Shown here piece by piece: positions 46,141-55,468 of a stretch of 64,000 nt of DNA. The translations under genes and the position numbers were made by a program. The notes beneath the pieces were generated by a model. The model had not been told where the DNA came from. It did not search any database and saw only the letters and a list, made by a program, of their open reading frames with translations. The stretch covers positions 5,216,001 through 5,280,000 of the forward strand of contig CBDFKD010000002.1 in assembly GCA_965248695.1 (NCBI GenBank). The letters are read 5' to 3'. Position 1 is the first letter of the stretch; each line of letters starts with the position of its first letter. Source of the DNA: Acidobacteriota bacterium (GTDB lineage Bacteria; Acidobacteriota; UBA890; WLXD01).

Positions 46141-47514
46141 ATGACACGCAGCCGGTCTTACTCTCGCGTCGGTCAGAGCCTCACTATCTGCACCTTCGCG
46201 TTGGCCGCGGTGCTCGGCCTCGTTGGCGACGCCGTGTCGAGCAACGGTCCGATCGCAGACGACGATCCCGTCACCTTCACCAAGGACGTGGCGCCCATCC
46301 TTCAGGTGAAGTGCCAGGAATGCCACAGGCCCGACTCCATCGCACCGATGTCGCTGCTGACCTACGAGGACGTGCGATCGTTCTTGCGGCCAATCCGCAA
46401 GGAGGTGCTGGCACGTCGCATGCCGCCGTGGCACCTCGACAAGACGGTGGGGATCCAGCACTACAAGAACGACCGCTCGTTGACCGACGCGCAGCTCGCG
46501 ACCATCGTTCGCTGGATCGATGACGGTGCTCCGATGGGCGATCTCGCCGACATGCCGCCCCCGCGGGAGTTCCCCGATCCCACCGAGTGGCAGTTGGCCA
46601 AGGAGTTCGGCGAGCCCGAGCTGATCGTGCGCTCCGAGCCCTACACGGTGACGGAGCTCGGGCAGGATAAATGGTGGCGTCCCACGGTGGAAACAGGCCT
46701 GACCGAGCCCCGGTGGGTACGCGCCATCGAGGTCAAGCCTTCCTACCCGGGTGGTCGTAAGGCAGTGCACCACGTCATGTCCTACCTGATTCAGGATGAG
46801 GACGATATCGTCGGGCTTGCTCGCAGCGTGCCCGCTGAGGCGCGCCGCGGCGGCACGTTCATGGAGTGGGCCATCGGCAAGGTCGGCGAGGTATTCCCGC
46901 CGACCGCGGGCAAGCTCATGCTCCCTGGGTCGAAGATCCGCTGGGAGGTGCATTACTACGCCTACGGTGCGCAGGTCACCGACGACGTCGTCGAGATGGG
47001 TGTGTACTTCTACCCGCGCGGCTACGTTCCGAAGCATCGCACCATGCTGGGGATGATCGGCGAAGGTTCGCGCGAGTCACGCCTGGAGATCCCGCCCAAT
47101 CAGGTGAGCGTCATCCAGCATCAGGAGGTGCTCGCGGCGCCGGCGCGGCTCGAGAACTTCCAGCCTCACATGCACATGCGCGGCAAGGCGCAATCGCTGG
47201 AGGCGATCTATCCGGACGGCCGACGCGAAGTTCTGAGCCATGCGGACAACTTCCAGTGGAACTGGCACGTCAACTACATCTATGAAGAGGATGTCGCGCC
47301 GCTACTCCCGGCTGGTACGACGCTGCTGGTGACCAGCTGGTTCGACAACACCGAAGACAACCCGAGCAATCCGGATCCTGACCAGTGGGTCGGGTACGGC
47401 GACCGGACCGTCGACGAGATGGCGCACGTCTGGATCGACTTCACCTACATGGAGCAGGAAGACTTCGACGCCGAGGTCGCCAAGCGTCAAGCGGCCGCCG
47501 ACGGCGAAGAGTAA
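46141..47514 (+). CDS. Heme c-containing type II copper monooxygenase-like protein (PHM/DBH fold)
   Basis: SD AAGGAG; CQECH; HH (AVHHV), H (EVHY), HxH (PHMH) and M (DEM). Confidence 0.8.
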   Translation: MTRSRSYSRVGQSLTICTFALAAVLGLVGDAVSSNGPIADDDPVTFTKDVAPILQVKCQECHRPDSIAPMSLLTYEDVRSFLRPIRKEVLARRMPPWHLDKTVGIQHYKNDRSLTDAQLATIVRWIDDGAPMGDLADMPPPREFPDPTEWQLAKEFGEPELIVRSEPYTVTELGQDKWWRPTVETGLTEPRWVRAIEVKPSYPGGRKAVHHVMSYLIQDEDDIVGLARSVPAEARRGGTFMEWAIGKVGEVFPPTAGKLMLPGSKIRWEVHYYAYGAQVTDDVVEMGVYFYPRGYVPKHRTMLGMIGEGSRESRLEIPPNQVSVIQHQEVLAAPARLENFQPHMHMRGKAQSLEAIYPDGRREVLSHADNFQWNWHVNYIYEEDVAPLLPAGTTLLVTSWFDNTEDNPSNPDPDQWVGYGDRTVDEMAHVWIDFTYMEQEDFDAEVAKRQAAADGEE

Positions 47515-47546
47515 GTGGACGCGGAGCCCGGCTGCGGGCCGGTGAG

Positions 47547-48560
47547 CTACCGACGGACGTACTTCACGAGAGTGCGGCCCGAGACTTCGGCGCCGTACAC
47601 ATTGCCGTCCGTGTCCGCCGCGGCGCCCTCGGCTCCGCTGGTGATGAAGTTCTCCGGGTGTGGCTCCGTGCCAGGGATGAAAGCGGTCACCGATCCATCG
47701 CGAGCGCTGCCGATGCGGATGCCCCGGGCATAGCCGGGGTTGTCGGCGTTGGACTCCGAGTCGGCGACGTAGATCACGTCGTTGGCGTCGATGAAGACGT
47801 CACTCGGTCGCCCGAAGTGGGTCCATGTGGCGATGTGGTTGCCGTCCTGGTCGAAGATCTGAAGCCGGTTGTTGCCGCGATCGGCGACGAAAATACGGCC
47901 CTGTGAATCGATGTCGACGGCGTGCGGGTCCTGGAATTCGCCGGCTCCGCTCCCGGTCCTGCCCCAGGATCCGACAAGCTCACCGTCGCTGTTGAATCGC
48001 ACCACACGGTTGTTGCCGAGCGGGCCGTGCCCATCGAGAACGAAGACGTCGCCGGACGCTGTGACCGCGAGGTCCGTCGGACCGGTGAAGGCGTCCGGTC
48101 GGTCACCGTCAACGCGGCCCTCGAGGCCCAACGTCAGTAGCAGCTCGCCGTCCGGGCTGAACTTGAGCACCTGATTGCCCTGGCCGCTCCGAACCTGTGC
48201 GTCGGCCACCCACACGTTGCCGTCGGCGTCGACCTCGATACCGTGCGGCCAGACGAACATTCCGGCGCCGAAGCTGTTGAGCAGCTTGCCCGACGAGTCG
48301 AAGTGCAGGATCGGGTCCTCATCGCGATCGAGGCAGCTGTTCTGACCGCATCGATCGGCCACCCACAGGGTGCCGTCCGGGCCAGGATGCACGGCGCTGA
48401 TGGCTCCATAGGTGCGCCCAGCGGGCAACTCACCCCAGGCGTTATGGGCAATTCGGTAAGGGTTGTCCTGTGCCGCCCAAGCGGTTATTGCCGCCAGCGC
48501 GAGGACGCTGGCGCAGGTCGCCGCCGATGCCGCCTTGCCGACTCGCTGCCATCGCACCAT
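47547..48560 (-). CDS. NHL-repeat protein, peptidyl-alpha-hydroxyglycine lyase (PAL) family
   Basis: 'FVWPHGIEVDADGNVWVAD', 'QVLKFSPDG' and 'PHAVDID..GRIFVADRGNNRLQIFD'. Confidence 0.85.
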   Translation of the reverse strand: MVRWQRVGKAASAATCASVLALAAITAWAAQDNPYRIAHNAWGELPAGRTYGAISAVHPGPDGTLWVADRCGQNSCLDRDEDPILHFDSSGKLLNSFGAGMFVWPHGIEVDADGNVWVADAQVRSGQGNQVLKFSPDGELLLTLGLEGRVDGDRPDAFTGPTDLAVTASGDVFVLDGHGPLGNNRVVRFNSDGELVGSWGRTGSGAGEFQDPHAVDIDSQGRIFVADRGNNRLQIFDQDGNHIATWTHFGRPSDVFIDANDVIYVADSESNADNPGYARGIRIGSARDGSVTAFIPGTEPHPENFITSGAEGAAADTDGNVYGAEVSGRTLVKYVRR

Positions 48561-48612
48561 GGCTGCCTCCTGATGCCGCCGCGTGGGCGGTCGGGCTGAA
48601 GGATCTTCCGTC

Positions 48613-48802
48613 CTAGTGGCCTGTAACAGATGAACGTTGCCTATCGTGGTGGCGAAATGGGCTCGGATGCCAGGCGCTGCGACGAGACGATGTCGGCCCA
48701 TCTTCGAGGAGGAGCAGCGGGGCAGACGGGTCCATTTCGCCACTGTTCTCTTGATTGGGCCTACGGACAGATGGGCAACGTTCATCTGTTACAGGCCACT
48801 AG
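48613..48802. mobile_element. 190-bp MITE-like palindromic element bounded by CTAG
   Basis: 33-bp terminal inverted repeats with one mismatch (CTAGTGGCCTGTAACAGATGAACGTTGCCYATC); inner inverted repeat GTGGCGAAATGG/CCATTTCGCCAC; no coding content. Confidence 0.8.
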
Positions 48803-49248
48803 CGCTGAATCGCCTCGAACATGATGCGTTCCAGAACCGAGGTCCGTGACGCGAGCTCCGCGTCGCCGACCGGGAAGTCGTTGCTCGAGAGTACGTACGC
48901 GAGGATATCGGCCTTCTCCCTGCGGCTAACGCTGGCGGGATCTTCGACCGGCATCGATGTGCGAATGCGCTCGAAGAGGGTGCCGACCGTGACCCCGTCC
49001 CAGTTCCAGATGAACTCTCCGCCGGACAGGATGGGCGCCTCGTCGCCGCCGCTCAGGTCGGTTCCATGACAGCTGGCACACGCGGTCTCGTAAGTCTGTT
49101 GCCCCCGAAGGGCCTGCTCTTCGGTATAGATCCCGTCCCATACGGTGGGGCTCTGTGTGGCGGCGGCGGGAGGGGCCCAGAGTGCGCCCAGGGCTGCGCC
49201 GGAGATAGCACAGACCGGCAGGAGCAATGTCGTCAGGCGAAGCTTCAT
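48799..49248 (-). CDS. Monoheme cytochrome c
   Basis: Signal peptide, CASCH and 'TSMP'; paralogue of 35520-36065. Confidence 0.88.
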   Translation of the reverse strand: MKLRLTTLLLPVCAISGAALGALWAPPAAATQSPTVWDGIYTEEQALRGQQTYETACASCHGTDLSGGDEAPILSGGEFIWNWDGVTVGTLFERIRTSMPVEDPASVSRREKADILAYVLSSNDFPVGDAELASRTSVLERIMFEAIQR

Positions 49249-49306
49249 GCTGGCGATTGGTTCGAGATCAGAGGGTCGAGGTGGGGCGGCGTACCCGTCG
49301 GCGGCG

Positions 49307-51214
49307 TCAGCAGGATACGCAGTTGTTGCTGTTCTCGGCGCCGACGCCCTCGAGCAGCGCGATGGTGTCGGGGAACGGCTGGATGCGCTGCACCGGCCCG
49401 TTCGCCATGTCGACCGTCGTCTGACCGCGGCGACTGATGAGCGTTGGATCGGCGCCGTGATCGAGCAGGTAGCCGATGAGGCCGTTGTCGCCTCGCGCCG
49501 CAGCGTGGTGCAGCGGTACGTAGCCGTCATGGTCGCGAGTGTTGACATCCGCGCCGAGCTCTTCCACCAGGTACCGGACCGTGCTCAACCACCCATCGGG
49601 GACGTGTCGGTGCGAGTTACCGGCGTACCCTTGTCCGTAGCCGACGCCCGATGCCGCGTGGATCGGGAACACGGCGGGGCCGTTGAGCGGCACCGGCGGC
49701 AGGCCGGACGGATCCAGTTCGCCGTCTTCGCCTCCGCTGTCGGCATAGCGCCGGCGCTTCGGGACCACCTGGGTGGGCACGTTGGGGTCGGCGCCGTGCG
49801 CCACGAGCAGGCGCAAGGCCTCGACATCGGTGGCGTAGGCAGCGCGCCAGAACGGGGTTGCCCCCTTGGTATCCACGCCCAACAGGTGGAAGTTGTACGA
49901 CATATGCCACAGATGCTTGGTGAGCCGAACGTTGGTGTCGGCACCGGCATCGAGAACCGCCTGCAGCAGATCCATGTAGCCCGTACGCTGCTGGGTGTAG
50001 GCGTACTGCTGGGGATAGCGTGATTTGGGCGCCCACTGCACCTTGAGGGTGGCGTACAGCGGCGTCAGGCCAGCGGCGTTCGCCAGCGTCGGGTCAGAGC
50101 CGCGATCGAGAAAGTACATTGCCAGGTCGAAGTGGCCGTTCATGACGGCGATCAGCAACGGGCTGGTGCCATCGCCGCTGTTGACCAGGTTGACGTCGGC
50201 GCCGGACTCGATCAGCGCCTGAACGGTGTCGGCATGGCCCTCGCGCGCGGCGTGCAGCAGTGCGGTCATACCGCCATGGGTGCCAACGAGATCTTCATAG
50301 TTCGGTGGCTCGCCCTCCGCTTCCTCGGTCTCTTCCTCGGCTTCGGCGAAATTGCTTTCCGCCTCTCCCTCGCGCGCATCCGTCGGCGTAACGCCCGCCG
50401 GCCCGGTCGGCGCGGCCTCGGCGGCTGGGTCTGCCGGTGGCTCAGCGTTCGTTGCCTCGAGCGGTTCTCTGGAAGGAGTCGGCTTGACTTCAACCACGGC
50501 CGCCTCGGAGTCCATGGACTGGAGGGCGGCGATGCGGCGGTCTCGTTGTTCCTTCTCGGCCTCCAACCGCTCCTCGAACGCCGCGACGTCGACGACCATG
50601 GCCGTCACGGATGAGTCCGCACCCCGTTGCAGCAACACGTCAACGGCCTCGACGCGATTCGCCGCGGCGGCGAACATCAGCGACGTTTGTCCCCAGGTCG
50701 ATTCGCGCCCATCGACGTGCGCCCCCTGGTCCAGCAGCGCGTTGATGACGCTCACGTTGCCGGCTGCCGCTGCGAAGTGCAGGGCGGTGGCACCGCCGGC
50801 GGTGGTGGCTGCGTTGACGTCGCTACCGGCACGCAGCAGCGTTTCGACCACCTCAGCGCCGCCTGACTTGCTGGCCAGGTGCAGCGCCGTGTAGTCACCG
50901 ATGCGGGTGACTGCAGCGGGGTTGGCTCCGGCGTAGATCAGCATCTCCACCAGCACCCGATCATCGTTCCGAGCCGCCCAGTGCAGGGCGGTCATGCCGT
51001 CGCCTTGGGCGGCGTTCACGTCCCCACCTTCCCGCAGCAGGGCACGCACGGTGTCGGCGTCGCCGCCCATCGCCGCGTCCGCCACCGGGGCCGCGCTGGG
51101 TGCAGCAGCCAGCAGCGTCGGTAGGCAGGCCGCAACGGCGAGCATGGCGCACGTCGGGGTCAGGCGTCGTCTGAGCATCGTGCCCCTCCGATGGGTACTC
51201 GCTGCACGACTCAT
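49307..51214 (-). CDS. Exported ankyrin-repeat protein
   Basis: Many 'G.TALH.AA' and 'GADVN' repeats; ends in NNCVSC. Confidence 0.9.
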   Translation of the reverse strand: MSRAASTHRRGTMLRRRLTPTCAMLAVAACLPTLLAAAPSAAPVADAAMGGDADTVRALLREGGDVNAAQGDGMTALHWAARNDDRVLVEMLIYAGANPAAVTRIGDYTALHLASKSGGAEVVETLLRAGSDVNAATTAGGATALHFAAAAGNVSVINALLDQGAHVDGRESTWGQTSLMFAAAANRVEAVDVLLQRGADSSVTAMVVDVAAFEERLEAEKEQRDRRIAALQSMDSEAAVVEVKPTPSREPLEATNAEPPADPAAEAAPTGPAGVTPTDAREGEAESNFAEAEEETEEAEGEPPNYEDLVGTHGGMTALLHAAREGHADTVQALIESGADVNLVNSGDGTSPLLIAVMNGHFDLAMYFLDRGSDPTLANAAGLTPLYATLKVQWAPKSRYPQQYAYTQQRTGYMDLLQAVLDAGADTNVRLTKHLWHMSYNFHLLGVDTKGATPFWRAAYATDVEALRLLVAHGADPNVPTQVVPKRRRYADSGGEDGELDPSGLPPVPLNGPAVFPIHAASGVGYGQGYAGNSHRHVPDGWLSTVRYLVEELGADVNTRDHDGYVPLHHAAARGDNGLIGYLLDHGADPTLISRRGQTTVDMANGPVQRIQPFPDTIALLEGVGAENSNNCVSC

Positions 51215-52602
51215 ACCGGCGTCGACAGGGAGAACTCGCCCGTGCTGTCGCCGAAGGTGGCCATGTCAGTGTGACCGAGCTTGTGCATCAGGCTCAGCAT
51301 CGCGTTGGCCATCGGGGTGCCATCGTCGGCACGGAGGTGGGCGCCACCCTCGAGCTCACCGTTGGCGCCTCCCACCACGAACAACGGACAGCGCTTGTGG
51401 TTGTGAACGTTGGGATCGCCCATGGGTGATCCGTAGATGACCATGCTCTGGTCGAGCAGGCTGCTGTCCCCGTCCATGGTGTCGCGCAGCTTGTCGAGGA
51501 AGTACGGCATCAGGCTGACGTGGTAGTCGTTGATGAGCGCGAACTCATCGATGTTCGATTCCTTACCTCCATGATGGGAGGCCGGATGGAACCCCTTGCT
51601 GGTGCCACTCTTTGGATATACCCGCGACGACGCATCTCGCCCGAGCTTCAGCGAGAAAACGCGCGTCACGTCGGCAGCAAAGCCGAGAACCTGAAGGTCG
51701 AACATGAGCTTCACATGCTCATCGAACGAGTCCGGTACCCCGGCGGGCGCCTCCGGCAGCTCTCGCACCTCGCCGCTAATGTTGCGCTCCTCGACGCGTC
51801 GTATTCGGCGTTCGATCTCACGAACGTTTTCGAGATACCGATCGATTCGCCGCCGGTCCTCGGGACCGAAGCCGGTCTTCAAGCGCGCCACCTCGCCGGT
51901 GATCCAGTCGAGGATGCTGCGATCCGCCCGCCGCCGCGCGGCGCGCTCCTCCGGAGTCCCACCGACACCGAAGAGTTGATCGAAGACCACGCGCGGGTCC
52001 CGAATCATCGGTAGCGGCTGGGTCGGGGAGGCCCAGCTGATGGTGTCGGTGTAGACGCAGGCGTAGCCGTAGGCGCATCCGCCGGCGGCGTCGACGTTCT
52101 CTATGCATAGCTGCATCGACGGGATCGGCGTGCTCTGTCCGAAGCGCTGAGCGTATAGCTGGTCCATGGAGATGCCGACCTGTACATCCGATCCCTGTGT
52201 CTGCTTCGGGTGCGACTGCGTCAGGAACACGGCGCTCGAACGGAAGTGATCGCCGCCGATCTCCTTCGGGATGAGCGCTTCGGCCCCCTGACAATCGGTG
52301 TTGCTGATGATGGTCAGCTGGTCGCGAAAGGGCTCGAGGGCGCGGAGAGCGCTCGGGCTGAGATCGAAATCGCGGCCGACCTGGGCCGGGGCCCAGTAGT
52401 TCTTGGTGGCGCCGTAGTCATTACAGCCGGCGGCGCCATGCACCATTTCGATGCAGACCAGCCGGGTGGGATCGGTGCTCTCGGATCCGCTCCGTGCCCA
52501 GGCGGCCGTCGGTACCATGGCGTCGAGCAAGGGCAGCGCTACCGTTGCTCCCACGCCACGCAGAATCGTGCGCCGCGGCAGCGGCTTGTTCAGGATGATC
52601 AT
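51211..52602 (-). CDS. DUF1552 Tat-exported protein
   Basis: 'LPRRTILRGVGATVALPLLDAM' and 'GYACVYTDTISW...PLP...PRVVFDQLFG'. Confidence 0.9.
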   Translation of the reverse strand: MIILNKPLPRRTILRGVGATVALPLLDAMVPTAAWARSGSESTDPTRLVCIEMVHGAAGCNDYGATKNYWAPAQVGRDFDLSPSALRALEPFRDQLTIISNTDCQGAEALIPKEIGGDHFRSSAVFLTQSHPKQTQGSDVQVGISMDQLYAQRFGQSTPIPSMQLCIENVDAAGGCAYGYACVYTDTISWASPTQPLPMIRDPRVVFDQLFGVGGTPEERAARRRADRSILDWITGEVARLKTGFGPEDRRRIDRYLENVREIERRIRRVEERNISGEVRELPEAPAGVPDSFDEHVKLMFDLQVLGFAADVTRVFSLKLGRDASSRVYPKSGTSKGFHPASHHGGKESNIDEFALINDYHVSLMPYFLDKLRDTMDGDSSLLDQSMVIYGSPMGDPNVHNHKRCPLFVVGGANGELEGGAHLRADDGTPMANAMLSLMHKLGHTDMATFGDSTGEFSLSTPV

Positions 52603-52675
52603 CGGTCCTCCAAAATTGAATGTCCCGCTTCGGGCCCCCGTCTCCGCGGGTGGATCGGACTCGGCATTGGTGCCA

Positions 52676-55177
52676 TCAAGGTCGGTGCTCCGCGGCCTCG
52701 TCATCGGCCACCTGGACTCGCATCGCTCGGTCGTTATTGTGGAACGCCGGACTGCTGGCGACTCCGAGAACGAACGACGACAACCGGTAATCGTTGCCCT
52801 TCGCATCGGCAACGACGGTGCGGATGACGGGCATGTCGGTGTACTCGATACGTCGGCCAAGTGCGTAGGCCATCAGGTTCTTGGCGAAGTTCGTCATGAT
52901 CGCATCAGTGTACGTGAGCAGCGCCTGCCGCAGATCGATCGGGCCGTTGAGAACCGTACCGTCGTACAGCTCGCCCGAGACCTGGACCGCGGCGCCGTTG
53001 TCGTTGATGCGCCAGGCGCCCATGACGTCGAAGTTCTCCAGCGCCAGGCCCAACGGATCGATGACTCGATGGCACGACATGCAGCTCGGGTCGGCGCGGT
53101 GCTGCTCGAGGCGCTGGCGCACTGTCGTCAACTCGGTATCGCCGACGAAATCGCTGTCTTCCAGATCGGGCACATCCGGCGGCGGTGGCGGCGGCGGGGT
53201 ACCCAGCAGGACTTCCATCAGCCACTTGCCGCGCAGAACGGGAGACGTCCGGTTGGAGTGTGAAGTCAGCGTCAGGAAGCTGCCGTGCCCGAGCACGCCG
53301 CGGCGGTTGCGGTCCGGCTGGGCCACCTTGCGGAAATGGGTGCCGGCCACATTCGGGATTCCGTAGTGCCTGGCGAGGCGCTCGTTGAGGAACGTGTAGT
53401 CGGCGGTCAATAGCTCGAGCGCGCTCCGATCTTCCTGCACGAGATGGTTGAAGAGCATCTCGGTTTCCTGGCGCATCGCATCGGCGAGCTGACGCGGAAA
53501 GTCCGGATACATGACCGCATCAGGCTGTACGAGGTACAGATCCTGCAGCCGCAGCCACTGGGCAGCGAAGCGCGTGCCAAGCGAGGCGGCACGCGGATCG
53601 GCGAGCATTCGTGCCACCTGCACCTGGAGGACGCGCGGGTCCTGGAGCTGATTACGGTGCGCCAGCTCGACGAGCTCTTCGTCCGGGGCGCTGGCCCAGA
53701 GGAAGAACGACAACCGCGATGCCAGCGTCAGATCGCTGACGCGGTCTGCCGAGGCAACCTCGGGTCTGGCGGTTTCTTCGAAACGGAAGATGAAGTGCGG
53801 GCTCGCCAGCACCGCCTGCAAAGCGTCCCGGATACCGACTTCGAATCCGCCCGCTGTCGCACCACGCTGATAGAACGCCATCAAGGCGTCGACGTCGTCG
53901 TCGGTTACCGGTCGACGATACGCCTCAGCCGCCAGCCGGGAGACGATCTCACGGGCGCACGGCAGCTCCTCGTCAGGGGCCGTCGGTCGGCAGCTAAAGA
54001 CGTGGTCACGGCTCGGCGTCGCCGAAACCCCGGTGGAGCCGTACGGGCCGCCGATGATCAGATCTTGCAAGTGGGGAAGCGACGTCACCCCATACGAGCT
54101 GCCGATCTTCTTGTCCGCCAGACTCCATTCGTGCAACGACAGGGAGTCCTCGACGGGCCCCTCGAAGCGCTGCAAGAAAGCGGCCGACACGCGTTGAGGC
54201 CCAGCTCTGACGAAGATCGGCGAGCTGACCTCGAGAACGCCGTTGTCGGCATTCATCCACCGATCGACATCCACCAGCGCGGCGCGCTCACCGTTGATGG
54301 AGATCTCGATCTGCTCGTCGTGCAGCGTCCGCATGCCGAACAGCTCGGCGATCGGCGAGTCGTAGAAGTCCATCGTGAAGGTGTAGCTCGCGTCGGCGGG
54401 GAAATGGTGGATGACCGACAGGCCGCCGCGCGTGCCATAGGGAGCACCCTCGACATGCTCGCGCTGCGAGGCAAAGCGTGGGACCGAGTACGTCGTCGCG
54501 CTGGCCGTGGCGTTGACGTCGCCGAGGGCCAGACGGCTTACTTCGCCAGCCGCTGCCAGGAAGCCCTGCATGACCGTTACCGACAGGCCCTGCACATCGG
54601 CAACGTTGTCGAATCCCTCGCTGATCGTGTCCGGCGGCAGGTACGCGTCGGCGTCGATCTCGAGCTCGAGCAGATCACGAACCGAGCGTTCGTACTCGGC
54701 GCGGTTGAGCCGCTGAAAGGTGCGGCCGCCGCGATAGCCGGCAGCCGCAGCAGCCGCGTCTACGCGCCCCGCGAGTGACGTCACCAGGGCGCTCACGGTG
54801 GCCTGATCAGGTCGCCGCAGCGGCGGGGGCGGCATCATGCCGGCCTGCAGCTTACGGATCATCTTCTCGGCGACCTCAGCACTTTCGTGCGCCCGCGCCA
54901 CGTCGAATGACTCGAGCGACAGGCCGGCGGTGCGCGTCTCGTCGTTGTGGCAGCGCAGGCAATACTGGCCAACGACGCGGTTTTGCGCCTGGTAGTTGGC
55001 GGCGTTCTCGCTGATGAGCTCGCCGGCGACGCCCGGCAGCGCAACACGGCTCGCCTCGCTTTGCGCCCGCCCGGTGCTCGCGGTAAAGCCGATAGCGAGC
55101 ACGGCGGCGATCAGGCTAGTCACGGCGACGGGCGCCGTGGCACGCCTGCGGTCCGCACCAGATGTCACGATACGCAT
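52676..55177 (-). CDS. DUF1592-type multidomain protein (cytochrome c plus DUF1587/1595/1592/1588/1585)
   Basis: CLRCH, 'RLNRAEY', 'ASRLSFFLW', 'TSPVLRGKW', CMSCH and 'DPLGLALENFD'. Confidence 0.92.
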   Translation of the reverse strand: MRIVTSGADRRRATAPVAVTSLIAAVLAIGFTASTGRAQSEASRVALPGVAGELISENAANYQAQNRVVGQYCLRCHNDETRTAGLSLESFDVARAHESAEVAEKMIRKLQAGMMPPPPLRRPDQATVSALVTSLAGRVDAAAAAAGYRGGRTFQRLNRAEYERSVRDLLELEIDADAYLPPDTISEGFDNVADVQGLSVTVMQGFLAAAGEVSRLALGDVNATASATTYSVPRFASQREHVEGAPYGTRGGLSVIHHFPADASYTFTMDFYDSPIAELFGMRTLHDEQIEISINGERAALVDVDRWMNADNGVLEVSSPIFVRAGPQRVSAAFLQRFEGPVEDSLSLHEWSLADKKIGSSYGVTSLPHLQDLIIGGPYGSTGVSATPSRDHVFSCRPTAPDEELPCAREIVSRLAAEAYRRPVTDDDVDALMAFYQRGATAGGFEVGIRDALQAVLASPHFIFRFEETARPEVASADRVSDLTLASRLSFFLWASAPDEELVELAHRNQLQDPRVLQVQVARMLADPRAASLGTRFAAQWLRLQDLYLVQPDAVMYPDFPRQLADAMRQETEMLFNHLVQEDRSALELLTADYTFLNERLARHYGIPNVAGTHFRKVAQPDRNRRGVLGHGSFLTLTSHSNRTSPVLRGKWLMEVLLGTPPPPPPPDVPDLEDSDFVGDTELTTVRQRLEQHRADPSCMSCHRVIDPLGLALENFDVMGAWRINDNGAAVQVSGELYDGTVLNGPIDLRQALLTYTDAIMTNFAKNLMAYALGRRIEYTDMPVIRTVVADAKGNDYRLSSFVLGVASSPAFHNNDRAMRVQVADDEAAEHRP

Positions 55178-55468
55178 CTCCCGCCAGGGCCACCGCTCAG
55201 CGCCGCTTGCACGCTGCAGGCACCAGCGATCACCGATCGAGGGCGGCCCTTGTAACCCTCATGGATGAATGCGCGGGTCCCCGTATTCGACCATGTGGGG
55301 GGCGCTTTCTCAAGGGTTGAGCTGACCGGATGCCATTTCCCGCGAAAGCCATTTCACCCAGGGAGGCGGGCCGGTTTGCGATGTCGATGTCATACGGGTC
55401 GGACGGCGTTCAGCTGGTTCGCGTCCTCAGGCGCTAGCCGCCTCGGCGCGCAGCCGCGTCATTGCAGG

